Notes under the pieces: model-generated
Seen by the model: only the letters and a program-made list of their open reading frames with translations
What the model was told of the DNA's origin: nothing
The model's database searches: none
Translations under genes and position numbers: made by a program
Shown: one piece after another, positions 11,502 through 21,428 of the stretch
How the letters are laid out: every line of letters starts with the position of its first letter
How positions within the stretch are numbered: position 1 is the first letter of the stretch
Source of the DNA: Dimorphilus gyrociliatus
Lineage: Eukaryota; Animalia; Annelida
Length of the DNA stretch: 64,000 nucleotides
Assembly: GCA_904063045.1 (NCBI GenBank)
Contig: CAJFCJ010000009.1
Span: forward strand, 1,612,968 to 1,676,967
Direction: 5' to 3'

Positions 11502-13811
11502 ATGAAACTTAATAATATTCCAAAGATAAAAAGTTCAATTGATTTAACTTCCGGCGAAGATAGTTCAGAAGAAATTATAGATTTATGGAATATGCGTATT
11601 AAATTTGGAAAGGAAACTAATCAAGTCGAAGAATTTTTACAAAATTTAGCGCAACATTCAAAATCTATTGTCGTTGGTATCAATCGGTTAAAAGAAAATT
11701 TTAATTCGCTAATTACATGCTACGAAGGTCCAAGTATGCTGAATAATACGTGTGATATGTATAACTCTGAAAACTTTCAAGTTGAGTCAACTTTAAAAGA
11801 AGATCTAAATCCATTATTTTCGAATTACAAGAACATTGTTGAACAGCTTGAAAACATCAATTTACAACGTAGTAACCTTCTTTGTGAATTAAGCCAATTT
11901 TTCTCAAAAGAGAGAGGTCTAAAAGAAGTGTCTTCTTATAGGCCAATTGATACAACCAATTTTACAATAAACTACATATCATTCAAGCAATGTTTACAAA
12001 AATTGTCAAACATTAGCTCTCATTTTGACTATCTTAAAGATCAACTCTATTTACAAACAACCGTAGATCTCGATAAAAGATTACATAACAAAAAAGACAA
12101 TAGTCCTAAGAAAAAAAATTGGGAATTACAGATTCAAGAAATGAAAGATATCATTGTCCGCATTCCACATAGTAAAGAGAACGATGAACTGCAAATGAAA
12201 TTAAATCAGATTGAAAAATTCCTAGTCGAAAACAATGAAATATTGAAAGGACAATTGTTAGAATTAGAATTTCTTAGAAAAATAGAAAGTAAACGGAACG
12301 AATTAAATAACGATTTGTTAGACGATAGAGACAATCAATTAAAGAATAAATTACTATTACTCAATACATCGAAATATCAAATTAAGACTTTAAATCGTCT
12401 AGTAATTAAATGGAAGAGACTATTCGATAAACGCAACGAGATTATCAGTTCATTATTAAAGGATAGAGAGGAACTTCTTAATCAAATTAAATTAAATAAT
12501 TTTATACCCGATTATTCAAAATTAAGCGAATTTAGAGAGTTAAAAGAATTATCTAATACAAAAGATGATTATTATCAACAATACTATACAAATAATTTAA
12601 TAGATAAGAGTAAAACAAACGAATTGGATAGATGTAGATATGAGAGGGATCGTTTAAGAAAGGAAATTGAAATTAGATTACCAATAACAAACGAAACTTT
12701 AGTACAATTAAGAAATATTATAAAGAAATTACATAATAGGCTCTCGTCCAAATCGAAGATGCTACTATCAAAAAGAAAAGCTAAAAAGAGATTAAGTCAA
12801 GCCGAAACTACTTTAATCGTTGATACACTAAAGAATTTAGAGAAATCTTGCAACATTCTCACTGATTCTAATACAACTCAACATCCCAAATTATCAGAGG
12901 ATAAAATAAGTACGAATACATTAAATAGTCCAACAAATGCAAATATTATTGAAGGTCATCAAATGACAAAAATACAAAGGTATTACGAAGAGAATTTTAG
13001 TAATGATATTGAAAAGAATACTGAGAATAACAGTTTTATTGAAATTCAATCAAAATTTCAATGTTTAAGAGAACATTTCGAAATTCTTTACGATTTAGTT
13101 GAAACTAATGATTTATTGGATAGCACTACACTTTTTACTTTTGAACAAGTTCGTGAACTACAAACCAGTTCCAATGTCATAAAATATCAAATAGACAAAG
13201 CCGAAGAAAAGAGAACAAGTTTTTTTGAGAATATATCGAAGGTCGTCGAAAAAGAGACGACAGGCCTATTCCCGCCCACAGAATTAGAATACTTACAGTC
13301 GCACGCTTTAACTTACTCTTTCGAATTAGTAAATTGTTTAACTAGTCTTATTTCTAATCAGAATAAAAGATTATTAATTCAAGAGAATTATATACAACTA
13401 CTTGAGAAACAAATATTAAAAGGGGAAAACAAAATAACTACTAGTTTAACAAGGCTTGATAAACCAGAATTAAAATGTATGGAACAAGATATAAAGCAGG
13501 ATACTCATACTTCAATAAACAGTCAGATGAGTACTAGACAGAGTAATAGACAGAGTAATAGACCGAGTTCCCAATGTTTTATAATGAATAAATCGGAGAT
13601 CATTAGCGAAACAATTGATACGTCATTTGAAAATTACAGCATTTATAATAAAATTAATAATGAAAAAAAGAAGGTCAAAAGACGCAAAAAAAGTACCAGT
13701 AAGAGGACGACGGAAACTATTAAACCATATAAAATGGGGACATTTTTAAAAAATAAGAAAGCCTATAAAAAATTTCGTAAAATTTCACTATTAAAAAAGA
13801 AATCTGTCTGA
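11502..13811 (+). CDS. Intronless coiled-coil protein (~770 aa) with a basic C-terminal tail; function unknown
   Basis: A 2.3-kb uninterrupted ORF in very AT-rich DNA, far longer than chance would give. First ATG is at 11502 (the ORF track starts at an upstream TTG). It has heptad-like L/E/K/N-rich helices and a tail KKKVKRRKKSTSKR...KKKSV*. Confidence 0.75.
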   Translation: MKLNNIPKIKSSIDLTSGEDSSEEIIDLWNMRIKFGKETNQVEEFLQNLAQHSKSIVVGINRLKENFNSLITCYEGPSMLNNTCDMYNSENFQVESTLKEDLNPLFSNYKNIVEQLENINLQRSNLLCELSQFFSKERGLKEVSSYRPIDTTNFTINYISFKQCLQKLSNISSHFDYLKDQLYLQTTVDLDKRLHNKKDNSPKKKNWELQIQEMKDIIVRIPHSKENDELQMKLNQIEKFLVENNEILKGQLLELEFLRKIESKRNELNNDLLDDRDNQLKNKLLLLNTSKYQIKTLNRLVIKWKRLFDKRNEIISSLLKDREELLNQIKLNNFIPDYSKLSEFRELKELSNTKDDYYQQYYTNNLIDKSKTNELDRCRYERDRLRKEIEIRLPITNETLVQLRNIIKKLHNRLSSKSKMLLSKRKAKKRLSQAETTLIVDTLKNLEKSCNILTDSNTTQHPKLSEDKISTNTLNSPTNANIIEGHQMTKIQRYYEENFSNDIEKNTENNSFIEIQSKFQCLREHFEILYDLVETNDLLDSTTLFTFEQVRELQTSSNVIKYQIDKAEEKRTSFFENISKVVEKETTGLFPPTELEYLQSHALTYSFELVNCLTSLISNQNKRLLIQENYIQLLEKQILKGENKITTSLTRLDKPELKCMEQDIKQDTHTSINSQMSTRQSNRQSNRPSSQCFIMNKSEIISETIDTSFENYSIYNKINNEKKKVKRRKKSTSKRTTETIKPYKMGTFLKNKKAYKKFRKISLLKKKSV

Positions 13812-14097
13812 AACTGATAGAGCCTAACTGTATAATTGTCATTCAATAGATGAACAACTTTCAAAGAACAGTTTACATTGCCCTCCTTTCGAAATAATCA
13901 ATCATTTATGTTATTTGCTATTCAAAAAGCGGAAGCTTTCATAGTGTATAGATCTTTATACACTGATCAGTATCTGCGTGCAATGAAACCTATCCTATCT
14001 ATGATATAAAATATTCAAGCATATTAAAGTTATAATAATTTATTATAAACAATAAAAAACATGAACATATGAATAACAATCCTCTTATTTCTTTCTA

Positions 14098-15716
14098 TTA
14101 TGAAAGTGAGTATATTTGATCCACTCCCTTTAAATGAATCTTTACAGTGAGCGATCTGGGATTCTTTTTGCCTTTTAAACATTCTAATGTTCCGCTTATT
14201 TCCTCATGTTCTTTAACTTCTATAGGATGTTTAAGAAAGAATACAGTGTGCTTCCAATGAGTCCCTTTTTCAAATGGAGACGTTGAAAGTCTCACAGGTT
14301 TGGGCATCTTAAAATCTACATCAAAATAAGCACACAAAGCATGAACTGTTGTTGAATGTTGACAAGTGAGCTTAAACAGTGACTTGAATTCTGTATCTTT
14401 TATGCTACATTCATTTAAATTGAGTGAAATTAGTTCACTCTCATCAGATACGATTGAGGTTTTCTTTACAAAATCTACTAGAGCTTCTCCTAACTCTTGT
14501 TTTCGTAGACACGACATTCGAAATCCATAAACATCATCCCAAAATGTAATATGTCTTTTGTAGAGCTCCTCGTCCGTCATAGCCATAATTTTCAAGGTAC
14601 AAATGTTTGGCAGCATAATACCGTCACTTTTCAAATACTTGTCCCTGGCGTATAGAACACTATCTAACATGGATTCAAAGAAAAGAAAGTAGCCCATCCA
14701 TTCCGAAACAATTACGTCCACTTTCTCTTCGGGTAGCTGAATATTTTCTAATCGTCCTTTTATTTGATGAATCTTATCTTCAAGCTTATTTTCTCGAATA
14801 ATATCTAAACTTTCGTAATAAATATCTGACATTTCGACGGCATATACTTTCTTTGCTCCTGCCTTTGCGCAAAACATCGAGAGAATACCTGTACCACTGC
14901 CTACGTCAAGGATTAACTTATCAGCTAAAGTTTCTTCATTAAGGCAGATAGCTTCTTTGTATCTTAAAGTTCTGACAGTATCTTGTAACATTTCTCTATG
15001 AATTCCAAAATGTGAATAGGAATCTATGTAAGGGGAATCTTCATCATCTTTAAGACTTTTGACAGTTGGTAATTCAGCAGTCTAAAAATTATTAAATGGA
15101 TAAATGCCAAATGTAAAAAGTATATAGTACAAAGTTACCTCCACAGTCGAACTAAACAAATTTTTGGCTGTTTCCTGTAGTCTATGTAAATCTTCTACAA
15201 CTTTTTTCAACTCATCCTCGCTTCTCTCTGCTCTCTGTTCTGCTAACTTTAATTTTTCTTCTAGTGTTAGCTCATCAGTTAATAAACTATTTTCATCTTC
15301 TTCTATATCCCATTGAAGAAGTTCATCATCTTCTATCACCGGTTTTAAATATTTATCATCTTTCCAGGCATTATGGGATAAAGAAAAAACTTTTTTAGCA
15401 TCAGGTTTCTGTATTTTATGACAACTATGTATGTATTGCTAAAGCTATGAATGCTGAAAAAATTAGAAAATACCGTAATTCGGATAAAGTTCACAAATTT
15501 AATAAAGTCAAAGTAAGAGAATTTTAAATCTCTGACAAATTTTTCAACATGGAAGTCGTGTGTGTCAATTGAATGTTGAAAAAAATCCACATACGACTTA
15601 AAATGCTCTTCACAAAAGAGACATAGAACGTTTACTGAAATCAACTCTTCCTCATACGTCTCATTGTCTCCTTCCGAATCGGAGCTATCTCCAACATGAA
15701 GCTTCTCAGTACTCAT
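14098..15716 (-). CDS. PRMT3: Protein arginine N-methyltransferase 3 (type I PRMT with N-terminal C2H2 zinc finger), 3 coding exons (15716-15474, 15408-15139, 15081-14098)
   Basis: Zinc finger CLFCEEHFKSYVDFFQHSIDTH; YLKPVIEDDELLQWD; SY-SHFGIHREMLQD; motif I ILDVGSGTGILS; double-E loop SEWMGYFLFFESML; THW loop THWKHT. Confidence 0.92.
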
Positions 15717-16112
15717 GCTTTTCTACGAAGCCAGAAATCCCTACGAAAATAGAGTAATTTTTGTCTATCAGTTAACACTTTATGAAAAATGGACAACATA
15801 TTCATTACTATTTTAGTGTTCAAATAAACTAAAGCAATTTACAGCAAATTTTCAAAAATTATATAAAACCAACAAACAAATATCAACCTTTAGTATTTCC
15901 AACGTGACTGATATCACTCAAAAGGTAGTAAGTAGTGCCATCTATAGGTAATTGATTAACCAAAAATACTGACAATAGATAATTCCTTTAAAAAATTGAC
16001 ATTATAAATACATTTTCACAAATAGTGCAGACAGTTGAGTTGAAAAAGATTTCACTAGTAAAAAGTTACATCACAATTACCATGTATCGTCTTATATTAC
16101 CAAAAGGCCAAC

Positions 16113-16170
16113 CAAAAGTTGTCCAACCGGTCAGCAATCCTGCTTTTTCAAAACTTCGCGAAATTTCTCC
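16113..16170 (+). promoter_or_regulatory. Degenerate orphan copy of the 187-aa sHSP promoter, retaining a 3-unit HSE (TTCgcGAAatTTC, 16155-16167)
   Basis: Ungapped 48/58 identity, counted by eye, to 18042-18099. The CCAAT box is mutated to CCGGT and the downstream TATA is absent. Confidence 0.75.
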
Positions 16171-16479
16171 AAACACTCTCAAAAAATTTCGCTTCTTCCG
16201 ATTATGTGGCATTTAAGAAAATTTATAACCTTTAGGAAGATAACAAAAAACTCTAAAATTTCGATAAAATAAAAAAAAAATTCTACGAAACTTACAAATA
16301 CTAGATCACTGAAAAACCGAAAAGCAGAAGAAGTTATATTAAAAGTTCCATCAATTTATTTGTAATACATATTAAATACAATAAGTGAAAATATGCATTA
16401 AAACTTAAACACATTCATATAATAAAAACAAAAAAAACACAAATTTAAAGTTTAAAGAATTTTCCCCCATTCAAAAAGA

Positions 16480-17610
16480 TTATTCTACAATTTCGAAATC
16501 TTCATTCTTTTTACTCTCCGATTCATTCTCTTCTAATTCCTCATTCTTTCCTTTGTTGCCGAGGCTTTTTTCTTCTTTTTCAATCAATTTTTCATTTCTT
16601 TTCAAAGAGTCAACTTTATCATTATTTTCACCCTTTCTAGTTTCTGTATCCTTCGTGGTGATTATTAACATTTCATTGTCATCTAAAAGTGAGACAATAT
16701 CTTCCTCCTTAAGATCTACTGGCTTTGCGAAACGTCTCCATATTTTCTTTGAACATTTTATTCCATCTTCTTCAATAATAGCAGATCCAGTAACTTCAAT
16801 ACTATTACCTTTAACTTTAACACTTAAATCGTCAATATTAAAATGTTTCAAATCAATAGTTTTATAGAATGAAGGTTTTTTATCAACTTTCTCTTCTTCC
16901 TTCGAAACAATTTTGTCTATGACTTTTTCATCACTTTCATCTTTTGTTTCTACTTTTGAGCAATTTTCTTCATTACATTTTTCTTTTGAACAACAACGGC
17001 TTGTAGGCATTTCATTTGAATAGCATCCATCTTCAGATCCCTCTACAGATTTCTCATTAGAACATCTTTCTTTTTTATCAGTAATTCCGTCTTTTTCTTC
17101 AACAGTTTTTGTTGTAATCGTTAAAATTCCATCATCGTTTAATGATGATTGAATATCATTTGGTGAGATATTATCAGGTAGGTTGATTTGACGCCAAAAC
17201 TGTCTTCCATTATAAAATCCTTCTCCTTCTTTAGTTGATTTACCGAAAATTTCTACACTTCCGTTTATGACTCTAACTTTCAATTCTGATGGATGAAAAT
17301 CTTTCACATCAAAAGTATGATGAAAAGATTCCGCTTCCTTCTTTACAGTTTTGTCACACTTTTCTTTATCAAGTGTTGTACATTGCTGCTTTCCGCAACG
17401 TTTCACGTTTACTTTAGAAGAATTATTTGAGAAAGGAAAAACAAAACTACTTGGCGACCTTCTACAGAAACTTCTTCTCGAAAATGGAGGCAGATAATTG
17501 GTTGAACCAAGTATTGATACTAAATCTTCGTTGTCCAAAGAACAACCAAATGTAGGACCAAACCACGAATTTTGATTGTATGACTGATTAGGTGAAATAA
17601 AAATTGCCAT
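16480..17610 (-). CDS. Small heat-shock protein with two tandem alpha-crystallin domains (376 aa), copy A; intronless
   Basis: ACD1 SFHHTFDVKDFHPSELKVRVINGSVEIFGK...FWRQINLPDNISPNDIQSSLNDDGILTI; ACD2 SFYKTIDLKHFNIDDLSVKVKGNSIEVTG...IWRRFAKPVDLKEEDIVSLLDDNEMLII. HSE and TATA lie upstream. Confidence 0.9.
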   Translation of the reverse strand: MAIFISPNQSYNQNSWFGPTFGCSLDNEDLVSILGSTNYLPPFSRRSFCRRSPSSFVFPFSNNSSKVNVKRCGKQQCTTLDKEKCDKTVKKEAESFHHTFDVKDFHPSELKVRVINGSVEIFGKSTKEGEGFYNGRQFWRQINLPDNISPNDIQSSLNDDGILTITTKTVEEKDGITDKKERCSNEKSVEGSEDGCYSNEMPTSRCCSKEKCNEENCSKVETKDESDEKVIDKIVSKEEEKVDKKPSFYKTIDLKHFNIDDLSVKVKGNSIEVTGSAIIEEDGIKCSKKIWRRFAKPVDLKEEDIVSLLDDNEMLIITTKDTETRKGENNDKVDSLKRNEKLIEKEEKSLGNKGKNEELEENESESKKNEDFEIVE

Positions 17611-18208
17611 CTTCTTTGTAATTTCTTCTTTAAATTTCCAAAATTAATTTGTCGTTGTATCAAACTTCAAAAGTGTTGACTTTTCTCTTCTGAGTTTAGT
17701 CGAGTTATGATATTTGTCCAAAAATTTCTACCCTTTTTATATGAAACGAAGAGTTAAACGAGAATATTCTTCACATTTCTGGAAATTTCTCAACTTATCT
17801 AGAATACTATAGATGGCGCTCTTTGTGTTATGTGTTGTATTCTTAAGTTAACAAACATTGTTTTCTGATCAATATATCATTATTATTATCTCAATTGAAC
17901 TTCAAATCACAAAAATATAGTTTAAAATTGGAGTGGAAGATTTCAGATTTTATGAAACAGTCTATGGAATAATTGTAAACGTGATGCAAGTCACGTATAC
18001 TATTTACGTTACTATTTTCCATTTGATTACAACGAAACTTTCAAAAGTGTTCCAGCCAATCAGCAATCGTGTTTATTCGAAACTTCTCGAAATTTCTCCG
18101 ATCGACGTTACGACTATATAAACTCTTTCAATTTTCCGTTATTCATTCTCCTCTTCGGTAGCAACAACTACAGATCGAAGTTGAACACTCTTTGCATTCT
18201 CAACAACC
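17611..18208. promoter_or_regulatory. Bidirectional heat-shock promoter (left arm)
   Basis: For the leftward gene: TATA (reverse complement ATATAAAAAG, ~17733-17742) and in-register HSE units GAA17762, TTC17767, TTC17777, GAA17782, TTC17787. For the rightward gene: CCAAT 18056-18060, a perfect 4-unit HSE GAAacTTCtcGAAatTTC 18079-18096 and TATATAAA ~18115-18122. AGATGGCGCT is at 17811. Confidence 0.85.
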
Positions 18209-18772
18209 ATGTCCTTCAGACACTTGCCGGTTATGCGTCTTCCTAGTCCTTCTTGGGATCTTTGGCCATCTAGAAATGACGACTGGTTTCACAATCGTTG
18301 GTCGGACTGGATGACTAATATGCAAAGAACATTCGATGCTATGGACGAAGATTTTAGACAAATTAGCAGAGCTTTCGATAATCATATGGAACAAACTCAT
18401 AGAAGTGTTCTTGGTAGTCATACTGAAACTGATTTACCAGCTAATGTTGGATGGAAACTGGTCGACGATAAAGAAAAGAATCAGCGAAAACTGCATCTTG
18501 ATTTACCAGTGAAAAATTATGAACCTGAGGAAATCAAAGTTACAGTTGAAGGTGGAACTTTAACGATTAAAGCAACTCATCAACACGAAAAAGATGGAGA
18601 GAAAGTTTTTAGAGAGTGTGTTCGAAAGTTCACATTGCCAAAAGGGGTTAAAGAAGAAGATTTGAAATGTAATTTGAATGCCGACGGTCGTCTATCTGTC
18701 GAAGCCGTTGCTCCAGCTGCTATTTCGGATGGAGAGAAAGTAATACCAATCCAGTATGAAAAGTCAAAGTAA
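18209..18772 (+). CDS. Canonical small heat-shock protein (HSP20 / alpha-crystallin family, 187 aa), copy 1; intronless
   Basis: W/F/D-rich N-terminus; ACD LHLDLPVKNYEPEEIKVTVEGGTLTIKATH...RECVRKFTLPKGV...LKCNLNADGRLSVEA; C-terminal IXI motif (VIPIQ). Confidence 0.93.
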   Translation: MSFRHLPVMRLPSPSWDLWPSRNDDWFHNRWSDWMTNMQRTFDAMDEDFRQISRAFDNHMEQTHRSVLGSHTETDLPANVGWKLVDDKEKNQRKLHLDLPVKNYEPEEIKVTVEGGTLTIKATHQHEKDGEKVFRECVRKFTLPKGVKEEDLKCNLNADGRLSVEAVAPAAISDGEKVIPIQYEKSK

Positions 18773-19254
18773 ACGAAAACTTTCTTCATCAACTTGTCTC
18801 GTAGTTATTATTTCTATATAGATATTGTTCATTGATTAAACTATTAACCTTTAGTTAGAAAACTCACCATAGATTTGTGTATGTTATCTTTTCTACTCCA
18901 TAAAATATTAAGAAAGTGTTTGTATAAAAGTTTCTTTAAAAGTATTGAGATATTTACGAAAGATTTTCAGTAAACGATAAGTTTCGAAATTAATGTGGTG
19001 TCTTTCCTATTATGTATAATCATTGCCTGCCTCAGCAATAAAAACATTTTCATATTCGTATGAAAGGTCAATGTAATAATTTTTTCTTCGGTTCTACTAG
19101 ATATTCACAATGTTTGAAATGTGATAAGTAAACTGCTTAAACACTTGATTATTTTCTGAATATGTTTATATTTAAAATCAAAAGATAGTTAATAAATCTC
19201 TCGATAGGTTGTGGAATTATAAGGACGTAACCAATACCTGAATACCTGTATACC

Positions 19255-20747
19255 TCAGTAGATATAAGGAAATATCTTGTAGGGTACTATTTCGCAGTAC
19301 TTATCCCAGTCGCTGCCATATTTTTTCCGACAATTCTTTTCATCTCTTTCGAATCGACTTATTAAGAGACCAAGAAAATATATTGGATAAAAGTAAGCTA
19401 TTAAGCAAGTTCCGGATGGAAGAGACCAAGATAAACTCATTAAGAGGTCTCCCATGTAATTAGGGTGGCGAGAAATTCCCCAAAATCCTGATACTAATAA
19501 TTTTTTACCAGATTTTGTAGTCATAGTTTTTAAATCTATGAGATAGGAGATGATAAAACATCCGTTAAATTATATTTTACGCAAGGTACTTACGAGCTAT
19601 TGACGGGTCGTTTGGGTTTGTTCTAAATTTGTTTTTCTGATTGTTCGAACCTCTAAAAATTGCAAAACCAACTAGAAAAGCAGCAAGGAAGAGGATCATG
19701 GCAAATATATTCCAATGTTGTGGATGTTCTAATAAATAGCGTGCTTGTAAAGTGTAAAGAAATGGTACCCAGCATAAGTCACCAAAGCTGAGCATGTAGC
19801 CGAAACCTTCATCGGTAATATCCATTGTAGACAATATTGCTGGCTAAAAATATTTTTCACACTTTATTGTACAATCAATTTTTTGAAGTTACCTCATTAA
19901 CAAGAGCATCTATGACATAGATACTATGTCCTAATATAACAAAAGCAAGAGACCAAGTAAATGTACCTCTTTCAAAACTTAGAAAGAGAAAAGACAAATT
20001 TAGAATAAGCCATCCAATTAAACCTGGCCTTAATTCGCATACAAATTTTAAATCAATTTCAAAAATACGAGGGTTAAGCTCCCTACCCATCCAGAAGTTG
20101 AAAATCTCTGAATTTGTGTTGCCATGTTCAGCAAGATACTTTTCATTTACTTGAAAAGATTTAACAAAAAGAAAAATACTGAAAAAAGTAACAAGTATTT
20201 TATATTAATATATAAATATGCTTTAAATTAATGATTTATTTTAATATTCTAAAATTTTCAAACCTTAGTAGGGCACTTAAGACAAAAGCTGCAAATGCTA
20301 ACTGATTGAAATGTTCATGAATCCATTTAAATGATCCTCCACTTATCCAATACAGTAAAAATATTACTAAACTAACAGCTAAGGCATATAGCGAATTGCA
20401 ACGATACTCTAGCTGTTTATTATTTAGTTGTTTTATAGGTAAACCTTTATGTATTGCACCTATTGGAAGTTTAGAAACTATCAAGTGTAAAATGAACCAA
20501 GAAAATACAATTTTAAACGCATTTCCATCGATTAAGGAATACAATGAAGGAATTGTAACTTTCTCAAAAATAGAACATTTATCCTGTTAATATTTAAGAT
20601 AAGTTATATTTCAGACTTTTGCAAAACAAAAAATACCGGATTGCATGTTAGATTAAGATAAAATACAGCGAGAGGCAAACCAAGAACCAATACACAAGCT
20701 CCTAATGTTCCCCCAAACTCAGTTGGTCTCTTACGTTCTGACACCAT
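19255..20747 (-). CDS. TM7SF2: Delta(14)-sterol reductase (ERG24 / TM7SF2 / LBR C-terminal family), multi-exon
   Basis: [16 protein letters not shown] start at 20747; GRELNPRI; [10 protein letters not shown]; [26 protein letters not shown]; [12 protein letters not shown]; [18 protein letters not shown]; [25 protein letters not shown]. There is no Tudor/RS N-terminus, so it is TM7SF2-like rather than full-length LBR. Confidence 0.9.
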
Positions 20748-21428
20748 ATTTCTCAACTGTCTGACAAAAAATATATCGTTCGATTTACCGAACTATGAAC
20801 CTCAGACAGAAATGTCGTCTGCAAAAAACAACTAGCTATTTCCAACGCCATCTGGAGAAATATGTGTAGACTAATAATTTCAAAAATACTCAATCTTAAT
20901 ATTTTAAAATTAATTCTCTCAAAGCTCGTACTTTTCTCTTTCTCGCGATGTAGAAGTGATGTCTCTTTAAACAAGGCAATAGAAAAATTTCGAATAAAAT
21001 GTTCAATACATTTTCTTAAAAATATCTTAAAATGTTAAATGAAAAAAGACAATGCGTTACTGTCGAATAAGTGTTGGACTGCCGAAGAAAGCAACAACTG
21101 CATCAAACCATTATTTTTAAATATATCGATTAAATTTTTACTAAATATAAACATCATACCACAATAAAAAATTTCCAAAGGAAACATTTATCTCCTTAAT
21201 GAAAAATCTTAAAACTCACAAAAACGAAATATTTAATTAGTTTTCCTTTATTTTAAAAGCTTCAAAGCAAGAAAGGCAAATCCAAAATACATCAAATATT
21301 TAAATATTATCAATAAACACAAAAAGAATAAGTGAAAATATAGGATAAAAACTTAAACACATTCATATAATAAAAACAAAAAAAAACACAAATTTAAAGT
21401 TTAAAGAATTTTCCCCCATTCAAAAAGA

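Larger units (their letters stand above)
16226..19024 (+). repeat. Left arm of a ~2.8-kb inverted repeat (partner 23986-26838)
   Basis: Both sHSP ORFs translate identically in the two arms. The 598-bp promoter and the region 3' of the 187-aa gene match the reverse complement of the right arm base for base where I compared them. Identity decays outside ~16430 and ends near 16226 and 19024. Confidence 0.9.

Noticed and set aside
16553-16867. 104-aa antisense ORF present three times (also 21502-21816 and 26141-26455), and ORFs 18200-18421 and 18580-18792 with their mirrors
   Set aside because: Their recurrence simply follows the DNA duplication; they are shadows of the sHSP coding strands.
17933-18121. 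62-aa ORF (and its mirror 24887-25075) resembling ORF 16025-16216
   Set aside because: It starts at a non-ATG codon and overlies CCAAT, HSE and TATA. The similarity is at promoter-DNA level and is reported as the promoter relic.
19189-19257. Possible stop-codon readthrough of TM7SF2 (21 open codons after TGA)
   Set aside because: The family-typical PYIY terminus ends at the stop, and the context is TGA-GGT rather than the leaky TGA-CTA.
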